The translations under genes were made by a program, and so were the position numbers. From a virus, in the IMG/VR virus record IMGVR_UViG_3300029826_000001, positions 3,304 through 67,303 of that record: 64,000 nucleotides of DNA; one strand, given 5' to 3'. A model generated the notes under the pieces. That model was not told the origin of the DNA. It did no database searches and was given only the letters and a program-made list of their open reading frames with translations. Below are positions 9,504 through 19,675 of the stretch, one piece after another. Position 1 is the first letter of the stretch, and every line of letters begins with the position of its first letter.

Positions 9504-9687
9504 AATCATTATACACAATGGTAAGGCAATTCAAAAGGGTAAACCTTTTTCAAGTGAAGACAAAGAGCTTATATCTCTTCTTGAGAGTGTTGGAGATATT
9601 ACCGATACATCAAAAAAAACTACAGTTAAAGTAGAAAGAAAAAAGAAAGTTGTTAAAGTAAAGGAAGAAGAAAATGAACATGAATAA
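9487..9687 (+). CDS. hypothetical virion-region protein
   Basis: AGGAG RBS; overlaps both neighbours. Confidence 0.6.
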   Translation: MYTTNRIIIHNGKAIQKGKPFSSEDKELISLLESVGDITDTSKKTTVKVERKKKVVKVKEEENEHE

Positions 9688-9928
9688 TATTACGCTTGAA
9701 GAATCTCAAGGGTGGGTCAAGCTTGACTCTGAAAACATAGGGTTTAATCTATTGACTGTTGGTGGTCAAGTTCAATACTATGTTTCATCTGTTGATGTTG
9801 CTCCAACTGGAAACGAGGGTGATATAGTATTTGAACATGACCCTAGAATATGGGATGCTGGTAACCATGCATGGGTTAAGACAGAGGTTAAAAATAAAAC
9901 GATGCAAGTTTGCGTCTATCTCTCTTAG
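9674..9928 (+). CDS. hypothetical virion-region protein
   Basis: Coupled ORF. Confidence 0.6.
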   Translation: MNMNNITLEESQGWVKLDSENIGFNLLTVGGQVQYYVSSVDVAPTGNEGDIVFEHDPRIWDAGNHAWVKTEVKNKTMQVCVYLS

Positions 9929-9937
9929 GAGTACAGA

Positions 9938-10834
9938 ATGAGAGTACCTTTTGACTTTAGGGTTCCACTAAGGGTAAGTGATATTTTAGTTAAAGAATAC
10001 ACAGTAAAAACAGTTGGTTCGGGTAAAGACTTTGAAACACTACACGAGGCTTTATCGTGGGCAGAAAAGATAAGTGGTGTTGGTAATGGTATGATTATAT
10101 TTAAGCTCGATGATGGAGTGCATAAATTAGGTGCAGAAGGCTCTTTTGATGGCACGAAACCAATATACTCTATACAGAACCTTTACATAAGTATTGAATC
10201 TTCTTCGCAAATTGAAGGAAATTGCATTATAACTATTGATGGTGGTTCACAAACACCAGCATTTATTGAGGTATTTAGGCTAATCGGTAGCGTAATAATT
10301 ACTTACAAAATAACAGTAGACTTGGCATATGATGGGTACGATGTAGGCGCAACATCTTTGTATTTTGGTAGATTATTTTCAACAGCTACTTTTATAATGC
10401 AATCATCAACCATTAAATCCGTTGGTCAAATAATGGCACAACACGCATCTACAATAGTATTTGATAACTCAACAGTAGATGGGTTTAAATCTATCACAAT
10501 GGTAAATTCAAATGCTATTTTCATGGATACAATAGTCAAAAATGGAACCTCTTCAGGTGGTAGCATAGTCGCAATGTATTTTAGTAATGTGCAACTCATT
10601 AATGCAACACTTACCGACAACGTAAAAGATACCAATATCCCACTAAATGAAGTTCAAGAAGATGGTTCTTACATTGGCGATGGTTCATACCTACAACCAA
10701 AGCCATTGAGCGGGGATACAGCTTCGAGACCAACAGTAACCCGTATAGGGTTCAGGTACTTTGATACCACACTTGGTAAGCCTATTTGGTGGAGTGGTTC
10801 AGAATGGGTTGATGCAACTGGAACAACAGCGTAA
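9938..10834 (+). CDS. fibre/tailspike-like protein with beta-helix-like body
   Basis: TVGSGKDF.TL.EAL start; C-terminal GDTASRPT...G.RYFDTTLGKPIWW.G..WVDATG fibre motif. Confidence 0.7.
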   Translation: MRVPFDFRVPLRVSDILVKEYTVKTVGSGKDFETLHEALSWAEKISGVGNGMIIFKLDDGVHKLGAEGSFDGTKPIYSIQNLYISIESSSQIEGNCIITIDGGSQTPAFIEVFRLIGSVIITYKITVDLAYDGYDVGATSLYFGRLFSTATFIMQSSTIKSVGQIMAQHASTIVFDNSTVDGFKSITMVNSNAIFMDTIVKNGTSSGGSIVAMYFSNVQLINATLTDNVKDTNIPLNEVQEDGSYIGDGSYLQPKPLSGDTASRPTVTRIGFRYFDTTLGKPIWWSGSEWVDATGTTA

Positions 10835-10844
10835 GAGGTGATAT

Positions 10845-11303
10845 ATGAAACTATGGTTCTATTATGCATTCTGTGACAATGCAACATTGCTTGATGGAAT
10901 CATAGCTCAAACAACTGGTGGAATCTATAGCCATGTAGAAGGTCAATTTTCATGTGGTGATTCTTTCTCTGCATCTCCTAGGGATGGAGGAACAAGATGG
11001 AAGAAGATAGACTATAAAAAAGAAAATTGGAAATGCATAGATATCCCACTGTCTGAAGAATCAGAAAGAAGAATAAGAACAAGATGCGAGCTTACTTCAA
11101 GTAAAAAGTATGCATATTGTGGAGCAATTTTTTCAATATCTCCATTGTGTCTAAGTCTTCCAGATAGAACATTCTGTTCAAGGCTGTGGGTTACTCTTCT
11201 ATGTGACACATTAATGTATGAGTTCGGAATAGTTCTTGGAGACCCATGCTCATACTCACCGCAAAAATTATATGATGAATTAGCAAAGTATTTCGGAGAA
11301 TGA
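10845..11303 (+). CDS. permuted papain-like (NlpC/P60, YiiX-type) enzyme
   Basis: YSHVE (His) precedes FCS (Cys); SP..L at the C-terminus. Confidence 0.7.
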   Translation: MKLWFYYAFCDNATLLDGIIAQTTGGIYSHVEGQFSCGDSFSASPRDGGTRWKKIDYKKENWKCIDIPLSEESERRIRTRCELTSSKKYAYCGAIFSISPLCLSLPDRTFCSRLWVTLLCDTLMYEFGIVLGDPCSYSPQKLYDELAKYFGE

Positions 11304-11304
11304 T

Positions 11305-12912
11305 ATGCCATTAACGATAAGTCTCATAGGTAAGGGTGTTATAGCAAATGCCGATGGGTATTCAGATACTGCAACATCTGGGTCAACTTGGAATGAAGAT
11401 GGTGGCGGTACTGATTCGTTCAGTGGTGATACATACTTGTATGGTTCACTGTCTTTCGCTGGAGCTTACTCTGCAAAAAGCGGATGGCAATATTTCGATA
11501 TTGGCTCTGGAAATGTTCTTGACTTTACACCTTCAACTGGTAGTGAGGCTGGACAGTTTTTATGGTTGCCAATCTCATGTCCTACACTTGGACTGTTGCA
11601 GACCATAGCAAATAAGGGCTTGACGATTAGGGTCGGTTCCAGTTTGACTGATTATTGGGAATGGGATATCGGTGGTTCAGATGACTCAAATGGTTGGCTA
11701 GGTGTTGACTGGAAATGTTTTGTAATTGACCCAACAGAAGGTGGGAGTAGGACGGTTGGTTCTCCAAATATAGCTTCAGTCAGGTATATGGGTGTATGGA
11801 TTGATACCTCAGCACTTGCAAAAGGTGATAACATCTTCATATCACAAATTCTTTGTGCCTCTGGGCTTAGAATAGAAGGAACAAGTACAGATGTGTGGAA
11901 TGATGTAATATCTTACTGTACAGACTACTCAAACAGAGCGTATACCATGATAATGGAGAAAGAGGGAATCGGTTTTGCTCTTGGTAGTTTTGTTTTTGGT
12001 AATACTGCACAAACAGCAGATACTGATGTTAGTGGTTCAAGCCAAACTGTTAAGTTCGCAAGGTCTGAATACTGGAACGGTTCAGCGTGGGTGTCCACCT
12101 ACCCAACAAATGCGAACTTGATTAATTTTGAAGAGAATGTAACTTATAGCACTACATACGATTTGTCTGACTCATCCATAAGTGGAGCAAACGGAAGTAC
12201 GTTTTCATATGATGGAGCAGATGTAGCATTGAACTTGTCTGGAGGTTCATCTGTAGCGTGTCAAGCTATATTTGATTCTACTGATACACTAAATGGTCAT
12301 GTGTTTGCTGGATGTCCAGCGGTAAAGCCAAATGGTGCTTCTGTTTCAAATATAGCAATAAGTTCTACTTTAGAGGCTTCTACTGGTGCTTTAGAGATTG
12401 TAAGTTCTTCAGACCTACTCAATATATCTGGAGTAACTTTCAGTAAATATAGTGGTAAAAACGCTTTATATATCCCAGCATCTGTAACTGGAACGATTTC
12501 CCTCAATGGGTTTATCGGTGATGGTTCTGGAACTGATGTTTACTGGGCTGGAACTTCTGGAACGCTTACTATCAACAAGTCGGGTGGTACAAACCTATCA
12601 AGCTGGAATAGTGCTGGTGGAACAGTGTCTTTAGTGTCATCAGTAAGTATAGACGTTCATGTTGAAGACCAAAGTGGTTCAGATATTGTTGGAGCATACG
12701 TTTACATAGATGAGGATTTGGAGTCTGCTGGAGAGATTATTAACACTACATCAAGTTCTACTGGAGATGTTTCAACGTCATATAGTGGGTCTGCTACATC
12801 AGCAACTGTTAGAATCAGGAAGTATGGATTCAAACCGTATAGTGGTACAATATCTTTAACAAGTGATACTAACTTGAACGTAACTTTGGTTACAGACCCT
12901 CAACAAATATAA
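11305..12912 (+). CDS. virion fibre/structural protein
   Basis: S/T/G-rich beta protein; C-terminal beta-sandwich with RKYGFKPY...DPQ. Confidence 0.65.
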   Translation: MPLTISLIGKGVIANADGYSDTATSGSTWNEDGGGTDSFSGDTYLYGSLSFAGAYSAKSGWQYFDIGSGNVLDFTPSTGSEAGQFLWLPISCPTLGLLQTIANKGLTIRVGSSLTDYWEWDIGGSDDSNGWLGVDWKCFVIDPTEGGSRTVGSPNIASVRYMGVWIDTSALAKGDNIFISQILCASGLRIEGTSTDVWNDVISYCTDYSNRAYTMIMEKEGIGFALGSFVFGNTAQTADTDVSGSSQTVKFARSEYWNGSAWVSTYPTNANLINFEENVTYSTTYDLSDSSISGANGSTFSYDGADVALNLSGGSSVACQAIFDSTDTLNGHVFAGCPAVKPNGASVSNIAISSTLEASTGALEIVSSSDLLNISGVTFSKYSGKNALYIPASVTGTISLNGFIGDGSGTDVYWAGTSGTLTINKSGGTNLSSWNSAGGTVSLVSSVSIDVHVEDQSGSDIVGAYVYIDEDLESAGEIINTTSSSTGDVSTSYSGSATSATVRIRKYGFKPYSGTISLTSDTNLNVTLVTDPQQI

Positions 12913-12925
12913 TAAGGAGTAGAAA

Positions 12926-14608
12926 ATGGCTTTCAATAGTGCTCATTGGACGATTGATTATGCAACAAAGGAAATCTGGAATACGGATTCAACTATTGGT
13001 GCAAGGCTTCCGATTGCCACTGGTGATTATTCTGGTGTTGGTGAGATACTTGAGTTCTTTCAATGGCTTGCTGGTGAATTTGCTTCAAGCGGTCAAATGG
13101 ATGATACATACCCGATTGAATCACAAACCCCTACAGTTTACAAGTTTTTGAACGGATGGACTTTTAAATATCCAGCAGAAGACTTCAAATATCTAAAGGG
13201 CGGTACGATTGAAGACCCAGCTGGTTCAGGTTCTGCGAACGCTGATTCTTTGTGGGTAAACCTTTATTCAATCGGTACTCAGGAAAGTGGTACACAGCTT
13301 TATGTAGTACAGAACGATGCAGAGGTTACAAACTGGTGGATTACTGGTAACATTGATATCCTGCTAAGAGTAAAAGTAAATGGCTCATGGATTCAGTCAG
13401 AAGATACAAGTGGTGTATTAACAAATGGTGGTGTGTGGGTTTATGCAAGGGAATTTGGTGATACATATGACCACAACTTTGCAAACATCTCAGGTGGTGG
13501 TAGAAACCCTATCGGTATCAACACATCAGCAGACTCAGCGAACAAGTCTGGAGAGCTTTATGTAACAGTTGCTGATTCCACTGGATTTACTATAGGTGAA
13601 TTTGCTCAAGATACAACAACTGGTGGGGTAGGTAAGATTGCAAAGATTGAAGGTAACAATATTTACCTTAACGCTGTAAGAGGTGGTGTAATCACCGCAT
13701 CCAACACACTTGCAGAGTTCTCAGAGAGAGAGTGTGTGAATGCTTCAGGTACATCGTCATCAATCTCAAGTGTTACTGATGTTGTCGCTGGATGGAGTGA
13801 CATATCTACAACATTTGGAAGCATCTCAAGAGACCTCAATAATGGTAATGGTTCACAAAGCTATGATGTTGAGATTGACTTGAATAGTAGAACAACTGCT
13901 CAGGGTTATGAGTGGTTAAAATTCATTACAAGATATGGTTCAACTGGTGCTACATATACGGTTAATTCCGATGATGGTCAAGAGTATCGTTCATGTGATG
14001 AGGGAACATACCCAGAGGTGAAAGTTGCTCCATTTGGTACACTTGCTGGTACTACATTCTATGGTGCTCAAGGTGTATGGGTAACTGGATATTCTTCTGC
14101 TGATTTTGTATTGAAAGATGCTTCTGGTGTCGAGCAATCTCCTCCTAACTATCAAAATGTTGATGTTTCTCATGCAAGTCTATCTGGATGTAATATTTTT
14201 GTTGCAGAGATTTCAGGTGGAGCAATCGTTAAAAATCAATATACCATCCAGAGTGTAACGACAAATACGATTCAGGCTACAGCTTCAATCAATCAGAACA
14301 AAGTGCCTCAATCAGGTTCACTTAGAATAGGAGACACAAAGTATACATATACTGCTTTCAGTGGTGATACTTTCACTGGTGTGTCTCCAGACCCTACTGG
14401 AGAAACTGGAGACTTCTATGTTCCGTTGCTTGATATCACGGCAGATGCTACTCAGGAGATTTCCGATAACATCATTTTCACAGCGAACTTCGATGTTAGA
14501 ACCTCAGTAAGAAAATACGGATACAAGCCTTACGATGTTGATACTCAGTTCACTTCAACTGGATTGACTTTCGTTCCGATTCTATCTGATGACCCTCAAG
14601 CAACATAA
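12926..14608 (+). CDS. virion fibre/structural protein
   Basis: S/T/G-rich; C-terminal RKYGYKPY...DPQ like the preceding gene. Confidence 0.65.
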   Translation: MAFNSAHWTIDYATKEIWNTDSTIGARLPIATGDYSGVGEILEFFQWLAGEFASSGQMDDTYPIESQTPTVYKFLNGWTFKYPAEDFKYLKGGTIEDPAGSGSANADSLWVNLYSIGTQESGTQLYVVQNDAEVTNWWITGNIDILLRVKVNGSWIQSEDTSGVLTNGGVWVYAREFGDTYDHNFANISGGGRNPIGINTSADSANKSGELYVTVADSTGFTIGEFAQDTTTGGVGKIAKIEGNNIYLNAVRGGVITASNTLAEFSERECVNASGTSSSISSVTDVVAGWSDISTTFGSISRDLNNGNGSQSYDVEIDLNSRTTAQGYEWLKFITRYGSTGATYTVNSDDGQEYRSCDEGTYPEVKVAPFGTLAGTTFYGAQGVWVTGYSSADFVLKDASGVEQSPPNYQNVDVSHASLSGCNIFVAEISGGAIVKNQYTIQSVTTNTIQATASINQNKVPQSGSLRIGDTKYTYTAFSGDTFTGVSPDPTGETGDFYVPLLDITADATQEISDNIIFTANFDVRTSVRKYGYKPYDVDTQFTSTGLTFVPILSDDPQAT

Positions 14609-14617
14609 GGAGCTTAG

Positions 14618-14785
14618 ATGGGAGAGCTAGTATTTATGGATGATACAGCTACAGTTAACCAAATTCCATCAGCAAAGTGGGCTACCATAGAAGGTAGCTT
14701 CACTTCTGAGGAACTAAGGAAAATAGCTGATAAAATAGATGACAACTACAAAACCTTCAAGGAAGGGCAGAAAAGAGGTAAATAA
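14618..14785 (+). CDS. small hypothetical protein (55 aa, not in ORF track)
   Basis: AAGGAG RBS; MGELVFMDD...RGK; stop overlaps the next ATG (TAATG). Confidence 0.65.
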   Translation: MGELVFMDDTATVNQIPSAKWATIEGSFTSEELRKIADKIDDNYKTFKEGQKRGK

Positions 14786-15957
14786 TGGCAATAAGAGGTG
14801 ATATAAGTGTAAATTGGAATACTTCACCAAGAATCATAACTGTTGCCAAGCCATCTACAGAATGCAGTATGCAAGATTTGCTTGATACATTACGTTACCT
14901 TGAAGCACAGTTTAACGCTATGGATGAACCGAGTATTGTAAGTGCGTCTGGCAAAGAGCCTCTTGGTGGTGGTGTAAAAGTTGGACTTACAGTGTCACTA
15001 CTAAATGCTAAGATTGCGTTTGAAGGAAGAGATGTAGCGGATGGATGGACTCTGTGTAACCTACAAGGTGGGAATCTTGTTGCATTTGATAGTTTAGGCG
15101 GTGAGATGGATTCAATCCAGCCTACATCATATGTTACTGTTGCAAAGACATCTTCAGCATCTGCAACACTTCAGGAGCAAGGAGCATTGCAATATTCATC
15201 ATTTGATGGCGGTGTTTCAATTGATTTTGTAAATGGTATATCTGGAACTGACTTTCCAGCTGGTACAGTAGAGCACCCAGTTAACAACCTTATTGATGCA
15301 AAAGCCATAGCAGTTGAAAGAGGGTTTGATAGGATATGGCTTAATGGTAATATGTTCATTACTGGAGATGATGATATCTCTGATTACTCAATTATAAATA
15401 GGTCTGACAACCCGACTAAGAGTATTGTTGTTGTAGATGCTTCAGCAAATACAACTGGTGTCCAAATTAAAAGATGTGCTGTATCTGGAACGCTGGACAA
15501 TGGTGTTATTCTTGAGGAATGTATTACAATGGGTATCAACTATATAAATGGATATCTAAAGGAATCAATTCTGGCATCGTATGAGATTGTTCTTGGTGGA
15601 AATGAGCCAGCATTTTTGATTAATTGTCAAAGTGGTGTACCTAATGCTTTAAGAACTCAGCCATCTATAGATTTAGGTGGTTCTGGTCAGGCACTTGTTA
15701 TGTCTGGTTTCGATGGTGAGATATCATTAGTAAATAAGACTGGCAATGATGTATGTTCAATCAGGATGACTGGTCAATTGAGGGTTGATAGTGCCACTTG
15801 TATAGCTGGAAACATAGAGGTTTTTGGAGATTGTTATATCACTGATGAGAATGGTGATTTATGGGTCAATGGTGTTGGAAAATCGAATGTTATAGATATG
15901 ACAACTGGAACCAAAGAAGAGATTGCAGATTCTGTATGGAATAAGGTGATACCATGA
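14785..15957 (+). CDS. virion structural protein
   Basis: GT...PVNNL.DA motif, beta-helix-like body, EIADSVW C-terminus. Confidence 0.65.
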   Translation: MAIRGDISVNWNTSPRIITVAKPSTECSMQDLLDTLRYLEAQFNAMDEPSIVSASGKEPLGGGVKVGLTVSLLNAKIAFEGRDVADGWTLCNLQGGNLVAFDSLGGEMDSIQPTSYVTVAKTSSASATLQEQGALQYSSFDGGVSIDFVNGISGTDFPAGTVEHPVNNLIDAKAIAVERGFDRIWLNGNMFITGDDDISDYSIINRSDNPTKSIVVVDASANTTGVQIKRCAVSGTLDNGVILEECITMGINYINGYLKESILASYEIVLGGNEPAFLINCQSGVPNALRTQPSIDLGGSGQALVMSGFDGEISLVNKTGNDVCSIRMTGQLRVDSATCIAGNIEVFGDCYITDENGDLWVNGVGKSNVIDMTTGTKEEIADSVWNKVIP

Positions 15958-16220
15958 CAACTGGAGAGAAGTTAAGCTCAATATCTTCAGTATCAGATGT
16001 ATCTGCACTTGAGCATCTTCTTAATGTTGTTGGAGGTGAGTGTATATCTTCAACCATCATAAAATCATTAAAGGTCACTGCTGTTAGAAATCAGCATGAA
16101 GTCAAGTTGCTTAAAAAAGATTATAATATTGAGAGAGTACAACAGCTTAGAAAGGTTGTTTATGAGCCTAGTAAGCAAACTATCAAGAGAATAGAATCAA
16201 CTAAAGTAGCAAGGGGTTAG
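15954..16220 (+). CDS. hypothetical protein
   Basis: ATGA-coupled ORF. Confidence 0.6.
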   Translation: MTTGEKLSSISSVSDVSALEHLLNVVGGECISSTIIKSLKVTAVRNQHEVKLLKKDYNIERVQQLRKVVYEPSKQTIKRIESTKVARG

Positions 16221-16221
16221 G

Positions 16222-16542
16222 ATGACAATAGATGATAGATATGAGGGAGACACAAACCCACTTGTTATGTGGCTATATGATGTTGACGAAAACAAAAAAG
16301 AAATCCCAGTAAAGCTTGTTACTGATTCTTGTACAGTTAAATTAAGAGTAAAACTTAGCGATGATACTGTTCATGAAATAGTTGGTGAAAACATAACTGA
16401 TGAAGGATATGTTGAGTTCCCATTCGCATCTGATGAGATTGATGCTGGAGAGTATATATTCGTAGTTAAAGTAGACAATACTGCACTATCCCATACCCTT
16501 ACATACATCAGGGGTGTTCTTGATATAAAAGAGAGCATTTAA
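16222..16542 (+). CDS. BppU N-terminal-like Ig-fold virion protein
   Basis: GDT...V, G.VEFP, AGEY..., G.L.I.ESI pattern. Confidence 0.55.
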   Translation: MTIDDRYEGDTNPLVMWLYDVDENKKEIPVKLVTDSCTVKLRVKLSDDTVHEIVGENITDEGYVEFPFASDEIDAGEYIFVVKVDNTALSHTLTYIRGVLDIKESI

Positions 16543-16952
16543 TGAAGAATCAGGTTATTGAGGTAAACGCAACTGGTGTAATAAAAGCAAGTAGTGTAGG
16601 TGTATCTATGTCAAGTGGTGGAATATCACTTGGTGTAATACAGATTAGTCATGATATGGTAGTTCTTGCTTGCATTGGTCTCATTGTCTCAATACTAGCT
16701 TTTGCGTATGATTTTTCACACGAAGAAACACAACATAAGAACAGACTTGCTTTTGCAACTGCACTTGTTCAGTATATGATTTTTGGTAGCTTTGCTTTGC
16801 CAGCTGGGTTTATGATTACTTACTCTTATTTTACTCAAGAGGTTATGGCTTGTATGCTTGTTGGGATATTTTCATCATGGGTTATAGTCGCTGTTGCTAA
16901 GGCACTAAAGAAAAGAACTGTGAGAGAGGTTGATGAAAGGAAGATACCGTAA
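16542..16952 (+). CDS. holin-like membrane protein
   Basis: About 3 hydrophobic segments and a basic C-terminus; lies in the lysis cassette. Confidence 0.6.
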   Translation: MKNQVIEVNATGVIKASSVGVSMSSGGISLGVIQISHDMVVLACIGLIVSILAFAYDFSHEETQHKNRLAFATALVQYMIFGSFALPAGFMITYSYFTQEVMACMLVGIFSSWVIVAVAKALKKRTVREVDERKIP

Positions 16953-17248
16953 TGCAGTACGTTGAAATTATTGAGTTTTCTGGATTTACTTTAGGTAGTT
17001 TTGATGTAGTAAAATATCTATGTATGTTCATGGTGACTATGTTTGCTTTGGCTGTATATCATAAGCTATACAATAGAAGTCTATCTTCGTTTATCTCTAT
17101 AGCTGGAATTACTGTTTTTGCTTGTACAGTTATGTACGTTGATGCTATATATTCATTCGGTACTTTGGCAGTTACTGTATTGATACTTCATGCTAGGGCT
17201 ATGCTTATGGAGTGTAAAGGTGTATGGTTTTTTAGAAAGGATAAATGA
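16952..17248 (+). CDS. membrane protein (holin/antiholin candidate)
   Basis: About 3 TM segments; lies in the lysis cassette. Confidence 0.55.
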   Translation: MQYVEIIEFSGFTLGSFDVVKYLCMFMVTMFALAVYHKLYNRSLSSFISIAGITVFACTVMYVDAIYSFGTLAVTVLILHARAMLMECKGVWFFRKDK

Positions 17249-17526
17249 TGCCTAGTTTCCTATTGAACAAATATTTTATAGTAGCAATTATATCCGTAGG
17301 TCTTGTTGCTGGAACATGGTACGCTGTCGATGATATATGCTTCAAGCCACAGAGGGAAATGGAGAAAGAGCTTCAGAGTATAGGTGAATATCTTAATATA
17401 TCTGAAGCGAAACTTACTGTATGTGAAGCAAAACTTGGAAAGAACACACTTGAAGGACTTGTGGAGGGTTTACATGAAGGAGATGATGAGAATATCACTA
17501 TTGACCTTGATGATTCTTGGTATTAG
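17245..17526 (+). CDS. i-spanin (Rz-like)
   Basis: N-terminal TM anchor and coiled periplasmic part; overlaps a lipoprotein gene. Confidence 0.6.
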   Translation: MMPSFLLNKYFIVAIISVGLVAGTWYAVDDICFKPQREMEKELQSIGEYLNISEAKLTVCEAKLGKNTLEGLVEGLHEGDDENITIDLDDSWY

Positions 17527-17788
17527 TGGATGCTGTGATAACGAGCCGAAGCCTTGTGAGCCTCAACCTTGCAAGAACATATTACCTCACCTGACTACTT
17601 GGAAGGTTCCAGATAAAAAAAGATTTATAGAACAGCCTATACCAGTTGGTGATGGAGTTCATTCTATAGTGAGAACAGATGACTTGAAAGGATGTCTAGC
17701 AACAAATAGAAGGCTTAGGAAAATATGCAGTAATTATGCTGTAGTTTTCAAAAAGATAAACGATATGAACAACAAGGAGAATAAGTGA
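17474..17788 (+). CDS. o-spanin (Rz1-like lipoprotein)
   Basis: Signal MRISLLTLMILGISG-C lipobox; Pro/Cys-rich; overlaps the i-spanin. Confidence 0.7.
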   Translation: MKEMMRISLLTLMILGISGCCDNEPKPCEPQPCKNILPHLTTWKVPDKKRFIEQPIPVGDGVHSIVRTDDLKGCLATNRRLRKICSNYAVVFKKINDMNNKENK

Positions 17789-18015
17789 AAAGGTATAAAT
17801 TCAAAGGCTTTATATGGGTAGTTAACCACAGAGAAAGTGGATGGATTGATTTGTCAATAGAGAACAAAAACTATGACCCTAAAGACAAAACAAGTAGACA
17901 TTACTATGGTCAGGGTATATTCAAGGATGTTGAAGGTATGTTGCAATACATCTACAACTACCACAACCTAAAAGAACCTATAACACTTGAAGACCTAGAG
18001 ATACTGGAGGACTAA
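17785..18015 (+). CDS. hypothetical protein
   Basis: AAGGAG RBS, GTG start. Confidence 0.6.
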   Translation: MKRYKFKGFIWVVNHRESGWIDLSIENKNYDPKDKTSRHYYGQGIFKDVEGMLQYIYNYHNLKEPITLEDLEILED

Positions 18016-18561
18016 ATGGGAAAGTATGCACTATGTGTTGGACACAATGAGATTTATCAGGGAGCAATAGGTTCTGCTGGTGTAAGTGAGTTTATGTTCA
18101 ATGATGGGCTTATAAAAGATATTCTATCTCATCCAAAAGTTGTAAATTCTGGAAACGAGTTTAAGGTATTCTATGAAAATCCATACGCTGGTAAGTACAC
18201 TGCAAGACAGATTGATTTACATAAAAGGATTGATGAGTGGGGTGCTGATTATTCTGTATCATTCCACTTTAACGATGCAGTAAGCAAGTCAGTCAATGGT
18301 CATGAAATTCTGTACTACTCTCCAAATGGAATGAAGCTTGCAAAAAGACTTGATGAACTGCTTGATAAGTATATGCCCAATAGAGATAGAGATATAAAAC
18401 AAAGAGCGAGAAGAGATCGTGGTGGACAGTTCCTATCTAGGGGTAATTCATACTGCATAATTTCCGAACCGTTCTTTGCAACATACCAAAATCTATATGT
18501 AGAAGGTGGTGAATTTAGAGATAAACTACTTGAAGCATATGTTGATTTCTTTAGTGCATAA
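18016..18561 (+). CDS. endolysin, N-acetylmuramoyl-L-alanine amidase (Amidase_3)
   Basis: GH...E...SFHFN...G.E...EPFF zinc-amidase motifs. Confidence 0.9.
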   Translation: MGKYALCVGHNEIYQGAIGSAGVSEFMFNDGLIKDILSHPKVVNSGNEFKVFYENPYAGKYTARQIDLHKRIDEWGADYSVSFHFNDAVSKSVNGHEILYYSPNGMKLAKRLDELLDKYMPNRDRDIKQRARRDRGGQFLSRGNSYCIISEPFFATYQNLYVEGGEFRDKLLEAYVDFFSA

Positions 18562-18616
18562 ATGCAAAAAATGCGTGATACAATATAGTGAAATAAAACA
18601 TTAAAAGGAAAAAACA

Positions 18617-19387
18617 ATGCCTGTTTCTACAGATTACATCAATACTGGTGGTGGAAAGCTTTATATTGAGCAATTCGTTAATGGTGCGCCAAGTGGTGAT
18701 TTGGCTTACTTCGGTATCACCGAGAATGTTAACTTAACCACAGCTGTTGAGTTCATTGACCATAAGAATACCGAAACAAAAACTACAAAGACAGACAAGA
18801 AGGTTCAAAAATCAGTATCTGCTACTATCAATTTTGCTACAGCTGAAATCAGTCTAGCTCAAATGGCTAGAGCATATGGTGGTACTGTTACTGCAAATGC
18901 TCAGACAGCATATACTGATGAGGCAGTTACTATTACTGGAGCAAAAGCTGGATACTACTACCCTATCGGTATTCGTAACATTACATCACTCATTGTTAAA
19001 GATGTTACGGATACAACAACTTATGTCATCAATGATGATTACACATATGATGCATCAACTGGTATGCTTTACATTGTTGATGGTGGTGCAATCACAAGTG
19101 AAGACCTTCACCTTACAGTTTCTGCTGATGCATTTGCTGATGGTGCTATCATGGGTGCATTCCTTGAGTCTCAGCTTGAAGCAAAACTCGTATTCATCTC
19201 AGACCCACTTGCTGGTAAGAGATTTGTGTATACATTCAAAAAGGTCGCTATTTCTGGTACTGGAGACCAAGCGTTGAAATCAGAAGATTTCGCAACCATC
19301 ACATTTGAAGGTACAGCACTTGTTGACGATACGGTAACCGACCCTACATTGTCTGACTACTTTGATGTAGAAGAAATTCCAGCATAA
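18617..19387 (+). CDS. major tail tube protein
   Basis: G.GKLY start, DFATITFEG.AL.D; upstream of chaperone and tape measure; no sheath gene seen. Confidence 0.8.
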   Translation: MPVSTDYINTGGGKLYIEQFVNGAPSGDLAYFGITENVNLTTAVEFIDHKNTETKTTKTDKKVQKSVSATINFATAEISLAQMARAYGGTVTANAQTAYTDEAVTITGAKAGYYYPIGIRNITSLIVKDVTDTTTYVINDDYTYDASTGMLYIVDGGAITSEDLHLTVSADAFADGAIMGAFLESQLEAKLVFISDPLAGKRFVYTFKKVAISGTGDQALKSEDFATITFEGTALVDDTVTDPTLSDYFDVEEIPA

Positions 19388-19393
19388 GGGTAA

Positions 19394-19675
19394 ATGATGG
19401 AGAATACATATCCCGTTAGGACAAAGAAAGTCTTTATAAACGGTGATGAGTATGAGCTTTGTGAATTGCCAGTCTCGTACCTTATAGGTATCGAGGAGGG
19501 CAAAAACAATAGTAAGATTGAAAACTGTGTAAAAGGTTCAAATATTCCACTTGAAGTAATTAACAGTTTGACTCTTAGTCAACTCAATGGTGTCTATGGA
19601 GATATCATGATTTTATCGTATGGTGATGACTGGGAAAAAAGAGCCAAAGAAGGCGAACCCTCAAAAAAAAACTAA
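19394..19675 (+). CDS. tail assembly chaperone (G-like)
   Basis: Between tube and tape measure; ends in slippery A AAA AAC TAA. Confidence 0.75.
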   Translation: MMENTYPVRTKKVFINGDEYELCELPVSYLIGIEEGKNNSKIENCVKGSNIPLEVINSLTLSQLNGVYGDIMILSYGDDWEKRAKEGEPSKKN

